This document shows positions 1 through 7,502 of a stretch of 10,011 nucleotides of DNA, one piece after another. The first letter of the stretch is position 1, and each line of letters opens with the position of its first letter. The notes under the pieces were generated by a model. It did no database searches, was not told the DNA's origin, and saw only the letters and a list, made by a program, of their open reading frames with translations. Source of the DNA: Paraspadella gotoi (taxonomy: Eukaryota; Animalia; Chaetognatha); the NCBI GenBank assembly GCA_051294375.1, contig JBJCIZ010000554.1, positions 9,869-19,879 on the forward strand, written 5' to 3'. Position numbers and translations under genes: made by a program.

Positions 1-339
1 TTTCCGATGAATAAGCACTGGGAAAAAGAGAGAGAGAGAGTTACATATAAAGGAGATAAGAGAGAGAGAGAAAGAGACATGAAAATAAAATAGAGAATAT
101 TTATTTGTTTTGATAAAACGTAAACAAAACATTTAATAACTGTCCTGACCCAATTTTAATGACATAGATGAAGAGAAGCTGTATATAATTTTTCAGCTTC
201 ATACACCCAAATTTAATTATCAAAAAGGCGATCTATAATTTGGAACGCCTACAATGACGACAACGACGACGACGCCACTTATGTGCAAAACCACAGCAAT
301 ATCGTCGCAAACGCAAAGCGATTGCGACGCTAATAAAAA
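1..339 (-). mobile_element. 5' part of a putative non-autonomous Helentron/HINE-like element
   Basis: The minus strand reads TTTTTATTAG, then a hairpin (+ strand CGTCGCAA-A-CGC-AAA-GCG-A-TTGCGACG, 303-329), then a (GTC)n microsatellite, then CT-rich blocks similar to 7765-7865. Confidence 0.5.
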
Positions 340-711
340 TCAAAGATTTTTGTTGAAGTGAAAGATATGCATCATCACCATATGCAACAACAACAATTCA
401 AACCTGGTTTACTTTATAAGGGATCAATCTTTTTTACTGCTTGCCAAGGACCATTTTTTGGCTTAAATCTGATGAAAAATATTATGTCAGAAATATAATA
501 TTAACAATAATATGAGAAGTCATCTTGAACAAAAAGAAGTGAAAACAGTATTTGTATGCTTTAAATAATTTTATGCTATTGAGAAATAATCTTTTTATTC
601 AGTCCTAAGGAGGTCATAATATATATTGAAACCTATTTAACGGCTAAAATATATTTGACAATGAAGTTAACCAACTTTTCCAAACCGCGATAATTTGTTT
701 TTCCATCATGG

Positions 712-840
712 TATAACAATGGATTTTTACAGGGTCAAATTTTGACCATAAAGGGAAGAGCAAAACAATCGAGGGTAAGGTTGAATGAAGTAAGGTCAAA
801 TGGTTTGTCCGAGGTTGCATGTTATAATTGTTCATCCACA
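712..840 (+). repeat. ~125-bp dispersed direct repeat, copy 1 (copy 2 at 1236-1359)
   Basis: Shared exact core TTTGACCATAAAGGGAAGAGCAAAACAATCGAGGGTAAG plus similar flanks. Confidence 0.9.
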
Positions 841-1235
841 CATCCCCCCACCAAGGCTTCGACCAGATGGGAGGAAGGCTTGAAGTCATTGTATTGCTTC
901 GTCGTTGTCGTCGTCATCTTCCGGCGTTGCTGCTGCGTTGAGCGCTGCTATGGTTGACGCTGCTGTAAAAAGGGTCACTGCGTTGAGCGCGGCGGCGGTC
1001 TGCGGATTGCATTTGTGTAATCTGATGATTCAGTCTCCAGTGGCTCGTTGACTGTAACCTCGATAGAGGTCATCAAGGAGAAAAGAAAATGAGAAAATTT
1101 TTTTTGTTTTTTTTTGTTTCGTTTTGTCTTTCACCCGGCTCACCACGTGTGGACGACACAAGTTTCAGAGTAAGAATTATTTATTCCTTAACATGGTTAA
1201 TAACAATAACAGTCAAAAAGCTCAGATGCTAAGTC

Positions 1236-1359
1236 TATAACAATGGATATTTACACTGCAAAGTTTGACCATAAAGGGAAGAGCAAAACAATCGAGGGTA
1301 AGATTGAAGTAAAGTCAAATGGTTTGACCAAGCTTGCGTGTTATAATTGTTTGTTCACA
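1236..1359 (+). repeat. ~125-bp dispersed direct repeat, copy 2
   Basis: Aligns with 712-840 from TATAACAATGGAT to GTTATAATTGTT. Confidence 0.9.
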
Positions 1360-1904
1360 GTACCATAGTATCAGTTCAGTTTAATCCTTTGCAAATTTTC
1401 GTAGGCAGATCCGACATTGTTTTTCACATACTCTCTCTTCGTCTGAAGTATGTACCACAACCACAACTGTTAAAACCATAAAATGAATTTAAAAAATAGT
1501 CTTTATCACAAAAAAATGCAAGTCACAAAGAGTCACAAATTAATGATAGCCTTTAAAATTTTTTATGGCTAAACTCAAAGAGTTTTTCAATTATTTTTTT
1601 AGGTGTTGAAAGCTACGTCCAAAAAGTATATTTCATTTTGATTTAAACTAATTTGGACCAAACTAAAATTTTTTGACTAGTCAACTTTAAAGTTAATTTA
1701 TGGAAAATTGTTAAACTTTGATGTTTTTAGAATTATATAATAAATGCTTAGTAATTGCATTATTTTTATTCATTTGAAATAATTTGATATGAGTGCTTAT
1801 ACTTGTTGGTTTTCCTTATACTATAATTTTGGATGATCAAATTCATCATTAACCCTTTATTAGTTATCTACAAATCTTCCTGCTTATATATATGTTTTCA
1901 GATC

Positions 1905-2331
1905 ATGAGTCTCGCAGTGAACTTGCATCGCGTTTTGCGCAAAACAAAACTCTTTTCAGCTCTTCTTTCTCTCATCTGCCTTTCTCTGTTGGTCTACTAT
2001 CTCCTCTCCTTGACTTTTTGGGGTCGCCACAATTCTTTGACATCAAATTACGTCGCCGCCCATGTCTTTCCGGTCTCTCCCATCAGTGCAAACAGAGCCG
2101 CAGCGCAGGGCGGCGTGGCCAAGCGCAATAAGGTCATTCTTTTTTGGACGGGATTCTTTGACAGCGACAACTACTATTTTGGATTTGGAAATCAACCCTT
2201 CATTGACAATCGATGTCCGGAAAAGCGATGCGAGACCACCAAAAATCGAAGTCGTTTGGAGGAGGCCGACGCCGTCATTTTCAGCACTAGAAACTTGGCA
2301 AGGAGTTCGAAGAGTGATACATTTGTCAAAG
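1905..2331 (+). CDS. Alpha-1,3-fucosyltransferase (GT10 family), first coding exon: cytoplasmic tail, transmembrane anchor, stem and N-terminal part of the catalytic domain
   Basis: Acceptor TTTTCAG ends at 1901 and ATG is at 1905. A basic tail (HRVLRKTK) precedes a hydrophobic helix (LFSALLSLICLSLLVYYLLSLTFW). GT10 N-terminal motifs follow: KVILFWT, C-x4-C (CPEKRC), ADAVIF. Donor AAAG|GTATGA at 2331/2332 is phase 1 and compatible with the next exon. Confidence 0.9.
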
Positions 2332-2421
2332 GTATGAGTCAAAGAGAGAAAGAAACAGGTAGAAAGGTGAAGGGAGGTATCAAAAGAACTAAAAAAGAAT
2401 AAAGAAAGAAAGAACTAAGTA

Positions 2422-3739
2422 CATAGTGACAATTTTATAAGCGCCGGTAGAAATACGCTGTCATTTGCAAACCAGTGGTTATTTCATTGATTTTAAAATT
2501 TATTTGAGTATAAAATACTAAAACTATTTATGTGTTAAAATTTTATATTCATCAGTTAAGATATGCCTTGACAATGAGTGGAGAAAGTTAGCTTGTCAAA
2601 TCGGTTTTCATTTTCCAACTCACTGTTTTTAAATTCAATTTTTTTGGGGAACTTTTAACACTTTTTTAAACAAAATATTTATTAAAATATTAACAATATT
2701 AATATCCCCAGAAAGCCCTTAAAAATATGAAGATAATTATATACTTATGAATACTGTAGTATAAAATTTAACTGNNNNNNNNNNNNNNNNNNNNNNNNNN
2801 NNNNNNNNNNNNNNNNNNNNNNNNNNNNNNNNNNNNNNNNNNNNNNNNNNNNNNNNNNNNNNNNNNNNNNNNNNNNNNNNNNNNNNNNNNNNNNNNNNNN
2901 NNNNNNNNNNNNNNNNNNNNNNNNNNNNNNNNNNNNNNNNNNNNNNNNNNNNNNNNNNNNNNNNNNNNNNNNNNNNNNNNNNNNNNNNNNNNNNNNNNNN
3001 NNNNNNNNNNNNNNNNNNNNNNNNNNNNNNNNNNNNNNNNNNNNNNNNNNNNNNNNNNNNNNNNNNNNNNNNNNNNNNNNNNNNNNNNNNNNNNNNNNNN
3101 NNNNNNNNNNNNNNNNNNNNNNNNNNNNNNNNNNNNNNNNNNNNNNNNNNNNNNNNNNNNNNNNNNNNNNNNNNNNNNNNNNNNNNNNNNNNNNNNNNNN
3201 NNNNNNNNNNNNNNNNNNNNNNNNNNNNNNNNNNNNNNNNNNNNNNNNNNNNNNNNNNNNNNNNNNNNNNNNNNNNNNNNNNNNNNNNNNNNNNNNNNNN
3301 NNNNNNNNNNNNNNNNNNNNNNNNNNNNNNNNNNNNNNNNNNNNNNNNNNNNNNNNNNNNNNNNNNNNNNNNNNNNNNNNNNNNNNNNNNNNNNNNNNNN
3401 NNNNNNNNNNNNNNNNNNNNNNNNNNNNNNNNNNNNNNNNNNNNNNNNNNNNNNNNNNNNNNNNNNNNNNNNNNNNNNNNNNNNNNNNNNNNNNNNNNNN
3501 NNNNNNNNNNNNNNNNNNNNNNNNNNNNTTAAAAACAGTAAGTTGGAAAATGAAACCCGATTTGACAAACCAACTTTTTCCGCTCATTGCCAAGGCATAT
3601 CTTAACTGATCAATATAAAATTTTAACACATAAATAGTTTTAGTATTTTTTACTCAACTAATTTTTAAAATTAATGAAATAACCACTGGTTTGCAAATGA
3701 CAGCATATTTCTACCGTCGCTTGTAAAATTGTCACCATG
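2422..3739. mobile_element. DNA transposon with long terminal inverted repeats and TA target-site duplication (Tc1/mariner-like or foldback-type); interior mostly unresolved
   Basis: 2422-2632 is a near reverse complement of 3529-3739 (CATAGTGACAATTTTATAAGCG... vs ...CGCTTGTAAAATTGTCACCATG). TA lies at 2420-2421 and 3740-3741. Both flanks belong to the same A/G-rich simple repeat. Confidence 0.8.
2775..3528. other. Assembly gap (754 N)
   Basis: Run of N characters. Confidence 1.
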
Positions 3740-3741
3740 TA

Positions 3742-3771
3742 GAAAAAAAAAGAAAAAAAAACTAAAAAAAA

Positions 3772-3811
<40 letters not shown>

Positions 3812-3990
3812 AGGAAAGAAAAAAGAACTAAAAAAAGAAAGAAAAAAAGAAAGAAAGAAATAAAAAACAAGAACTAAAAAAAATATAAAAAATATAAAAA
3901 ATATAAAAAAAGATAAAGAAAATGAAAAAAAATAATAAAAAAAAAATCTAAAAAAGATCTAAAAAAGAAAAAAGAAGAAAGAAAAAGAAA
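3742..3990 (+). repeat. Purine-rich (AAAG)n / A-rich low-complexity tract
   Basis: (AAAG)n run at about 3771-3810 plus degenerate A-rich units; continuous in style with 2380-2419. Confidence 0.9.
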
Positions 3991-4099
3991 CTTAAACGTT
4001 TTTTGTTTTGAAAACAATATGTCACTCCTACATACATAATTTTCTTTCATTCATTCATAAATACATTGTTTTTAAATTTTTATGCCATTATTTTTCAAG

Positions 4100-4914
4100 G
4101 CTTTGACTTCCCTTCAAGAAAGCGGCCCGGCCAGCGGTGGATCTTTTACAACCTTGAGCCACCACCTTACACCTATTCTGACCTTGGATCAAATTTCAAC
4201 TCGGACGTTTTGGGCCCGGCCTTCAACTGGACCATGACCTACCGACACGACAGTGACATCCCAAACCCGCATGCATGGACATCGAGAAAGAGTCGAGAGG
4301 CTAGCAAGGCTTACATCCATAAAGACTATGCAAAGAACAAGACCAAGATGGTCGCCTGGCTTGTCAGCCACTGCCATCCTCCTAGCAAAAGAGAAAAGTA
4401 TGTTGAGCGTTTGCGCAAGCACATCCAAGTGGACATATACGGTGCCTGCGGATCTAAGACCTGCCCCCGCAATCGGAACATTGACTGCCTTCAAACTCTC
4501 ATCCACGATTACAAGTTTTATCTTGGATTCGAAAATCATCTCTGTCGCGACTACATCACCGACAAGATGTGGAAGATCCTCAGTCGAACAACAACAGTTC
4601 CAATTGTGATGGGTGGCGCCAATTATGATGTTGATGCCCCCCCTGGCGCCTTCATTGACGCCCGCCGGTTCGAGCCGGAGGATCTGGCTGTATATTTGAA
4701 AAAGGTGGCGGCCGATGATAACCTCTACAACAAGTATCACGCATGGAGAAAAGATTGGGAGGTGCTGGAGGGAGACCATCACAACATCAACCCGGGATTT
4801 TGTAGACTCTGCGACAAGCTGTACCAGGATGGAGGGGTTAAGTGGCACAAGAGGATCAAAGATTTCTGGTCACTGGAGAAGGACTGTTTCCCGCATTTAA
4901 TCTGGTGGGGATAA
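4100..4914 (+). CDS. Alpha-1,3-fucosyltransferase (GT10 family), second coding exon: catalytic/GDP-fucose-binding domain; spliced product 413 aa
   Basis: Acceptor TTTTTCAAG ends at 4099; G2331+GC4100-4101 gives an in-frame Gly. Motifs: WIFYNLEPP, FNWTMTYRHDSDI, VAWLVSHC, REKY, VDIYGACG, YKFYLGFENHLCRDYITDK, VPIVMG, FID, YHAWR, FCRLC. Stop TAA at 4912-4914. Exons total 427+815=1242 nt (414 codons). Confidence 0.95.
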
Positions 4915-5003
4915 TTTATATATCAAATACTAAGAGAAAAAAAATGGGAGCTCCTCATATGCAACATAGGTCTAAACACTGACAAAAAAGCTAGATGTTT
5001 TTT

Positions 5004-5009
5004 AATAAA
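5004..5009 (+). promoter_or_regulatory. Candidate polyadenylation signal AATAAA
   Basis: AATAAA about 90 nt after the stop codon; the AT-rich context lowers specificity. Confidence 0.45.
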
Positions 5010-5368
5010 ATAATAGCATTATGGTTAATGTTAAGTTTCAAGTTAATTTTACCAGAATTATAGAAAATATGAACAAAAATCTTCTTGGAAGATTTTTGCC
5101 ATAAAAGATTTCACCAAATCTGACTTCTGGTTGCTAACTCTTAGAATTCCGAATGCTTCAGTGTGTGTGTGTCTGTCAACTTTTACATATCGTGCGGAAC
5201 TATGTTGTTAAATTTCATTTCTGAGATAACAATGTCAAAGATATAGTCTTACCCTAAGTTGTAGTTCATTCAAATAGCAATGTCGCCGGCGATTCACGCA
5301 CGAGTCGCAGGTGATAAAAGTAGCGAATATAATGAAAAGGCAGCTAACTAAGAGAACGAACATCACCT

Positions 5369-5770
5369 ACGGGCTCCTCTCCAACCCTAACCCTAAACTA
5401 GACCTCTCGTTCAACTCTGTGCCTCTCCCCTAACCCTAACTCCAGGCTGGGGCCTCCCGTACATCTCCATGCCTTCAACCCTAACCGGCCTTCGATGCAT
5501 CGACCACGGCCCCTCCCCCAACCTCCTACCTCCTCGTTCAACTCCATGCCTCTCCCCTAACCCAGCCTCCAGTACATCTCCGTGCCTCAACCCTAACCCT
5601 AACCGCCTTCGATGCATAAACCACGGGCCCTCTCTCCAACCCTCAACCCTAAACCGAGCTTCCCGTTCAACACTCCATGCCTCTCCCCTAACCCTAACCC
5701 AGGCTGGCCTCCGTACATCTCCATAACCTCAACCCTAACCCTAATCGCCTTCGATGTATAACTCACGGCC
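5369..5770 (+). repeat. Tandem array 1: three ~117-142 bp units containing telomere-type CCCTAA doublets
   Basis: Units start near 5369, 5506 and 5623. Each has CGTTCAACTC, GTACATCTCC and GCCTTCGATG spacers separated by AACCCT repeats. Confidence 0.9.
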
Positions 5771-5833
5771 TAAGTTGTAGTTCATTTCAAATAGTGATGT
5801 CGCCGGTGATTCACGCACAAGTCGCCAGGTGTG

Positions 5834-6870
5834 GTTCTAGTTGGCGACTTGCCATGGCGATATCGCCAGGGCTTTGGCGATTCGCCAGTCTCCCCACTGG
5901 CGACCTCCGCCAGTGATAAAGTAGCGAATATAATGAAAAGCGCAGCTAACACGGGGATGAGCATTCACCTACAGTGCGTCCCTCCCCAACCCTTAACCCT
6001 AAACCAAACCTCCCGTTCGACTCTGTGCCTCTCCCCTAACCCTAACCCGGACCTGGGGCTCCATTACATCTCCAGCCCAACCCTAACCCTAAACCGCCTT
6101 GTTGCATCAACTACGGTCCCGTCCCCGCAACCCTAACCCTAACCAAGCCTCCTGTTTACTCTGTGCCTCCCCCTAACCCTAACCCAGCCGGCCTCCCGTT
6201 CATCTCCGTGCCTCAACCCTAACCCTAACCGCCTTCGATGCATGCAACCATGGGTCCCTCCCCCACCCTAACCCTAAACCAAGCCTCCCGTTCAACTCCA
6301 TGCCTCTCCCCTAACCCTAACCCAGGCCTCCCTGTACATCTCCGTACCTCAACCCTATAACCCTAACCGCCTTTGATGCAGTCAACCATGGGCCCTCCCC
6401 CAACCCTAACCAAGCCTCCCGTTCAACTCCATGCCTCTTCCCTAACCTTAACCCAGGCCCGGCCTCCCGTACATCTCCGTACCTCAACCCTAACCCTATC
6501 GCCTTTGATATATAACCCACGGCCTCTCTCCCAACCCTAACGCCTAAACCGGGCCCAGGCCTCCCGTACATCTCGTGCCTCAACCCTAATCCCTAATGTC
6601 CCTTGCCAGTACATTCCCTAAGCCTAACCCTAACGCGGGCCTCTTGGTCATTAACAACACCCTCCCCCCTACCCCTATCCCTAAAATTGACATTAATAAT
6701 AAGCCTAAAATAAACTTAACTTAACTCAACCCTAACCCTAAACTACTCAACCCTAACCCTAAATACTTCAGACCCTAACCCTAAACTACTACCAACTCAA
6801 CCTACCAAACTCAACCCCTAACCCTAACCCTAATCTGAGTTTAGTTTAGGCAAATCGCCATAACTAGAAC
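5834..6870. mobile_element. Putative non-autonomous element bounded by ~20-bp inverted repeats, carrying the CCCTAA satellite
   Basis: GTTCTAGTT--GGCGACTTGCC (5834-5853) vs GGCAAATCGCCATAACTAGAAC (6849-6870): reverse complements with one mismatch and a 2-nt indel. No target-site duplication seen. Confidence 0.55.
5971..6835 (+). repeat. Tandem array 2: four full ~131-142 bp units, one partial unit, then degenerate (CCCTAA)n tracts
   Basis: Units start near 5971, 6113, 6250, 6388 and 6519 (partial). Short CCCTAA runs continue to about 6833. Confidence 0.9.
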
Positions 6871-7254
6871 GCGAGATGTGTTCACAGCTTAATCGCAAAT
6901 GGCGAGGGCGTCATGGCTAAGTACAAGTTAGCAAAATTTTAAGAACAAATTTCAAAAATATATTAAGCTATGCAAGTTTTTTTTTTTAAATTTGACCCAA
7001 TTTTTAATGGTTTAGGATTATTTATTTGAAAAATTGCTAAAATGGGCTAATAGCCAAACACTAGATAACTTCCTATAAATCCTAAAGCCATTTATCCTAT
7101 AAATGTAAAAGTTAATACATGTCAGACTTACGACATTCTAGGTTTCCCGGAATGAGCAATATACTATTTTAACATTGTTATTGTCTTATACATATATTGT
7201 AGTTTGATAAATTACATTAACCTGTCCTTTTCTAAAGTCTGTGTTGAAAACATT

Positions 7255-7268
7255 TCTCTCTCTCTCTT

Positions 7269-7310
<42 letters not shown>
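7255..7310 (+). repeat. (CT)n microsatellite
   Basis: About 28 nearly perfect TC units. Confidence 0.95.
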
Positions 7311-7315
<5 letters not shown>

Positions 7316-7502
7316 TGGAAAACTTTTCTCTCTTCTTCCCCACCATTACTAGGGAAGTCTGGCGTTAAGCGTCCAAGATAAAAATTAGCGAATAAAAAAG
7401 TTGTTATTTTATTTACTGAATAAAACTACTACAAAATACATAAAATTGATAAAATATATATGCGATAAAGAATTGTTCAATCACATGCAAATATCTAGTG
7501 CC

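Larger units (their letters stand above)
2332..4099 (+). other. GT-AG spliceosomal intron (phase 1) of the fucosyltransferase gene
   Basis: GTATGA donor and pyrimidine-rich acceptor join two GT10 halves in frame with no obvious missing motif. Contains a transposon, AAAG repeats and the gap. Confidence 0.85.

Noticed and set aside
1833-2402. 189-aa ORF as a complete protein
   Set aside because: The first 24 codons lie mostly upstream of a splice acceptor, and the K/E-rich tail after 2331 is intron read-through; only 1905-2331 is coding.
2745-3629. Long ORFs crossing the gap
   Set aside because: Artefacts of translating N runs.
3658-3870. Phe/Leu-rich membrane-like ORF, and similar ORFs at 7710-8363 and 9235-9621
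   Set aside because: Translations of AAAG/CT microsatellites and repeat fragments.
4189-4848. 219-aa antisense ORF and alternative-frame ORFs (4253-4609, 4715-4900, 1892-2131, 2043-2342, 2062-2337)
   Set aside because: Shadow ORFs of the GC-richer fucosyltransferase exons, with no recognisable motifs.
5369-6597. CRISPR-like repeat/spacer array, or Pro-rich/Gly-rich ORFs
   Set aside because: The spacers themselves recur periodically, there are no cas genes and the context is eukaryotic; the ORFs are translations of the satellite broken by indels.
6600-6835. True telomere or telomere fusion site
   Set aside because: CCCTAA runs are only 2-3 units long, interrupted, single-orientation and flanked by ordinary sequence on both sides.
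5119-7160. Larger host element enclosing the satellite (TCTGAC...GTCAGA, GT/GTCT run at 5161, CATTC..GAATG hairpin at 7134-7154)
   Set aside because: The matches are only 5-6 bp and scattered; not distinguishable from chance without other copies.
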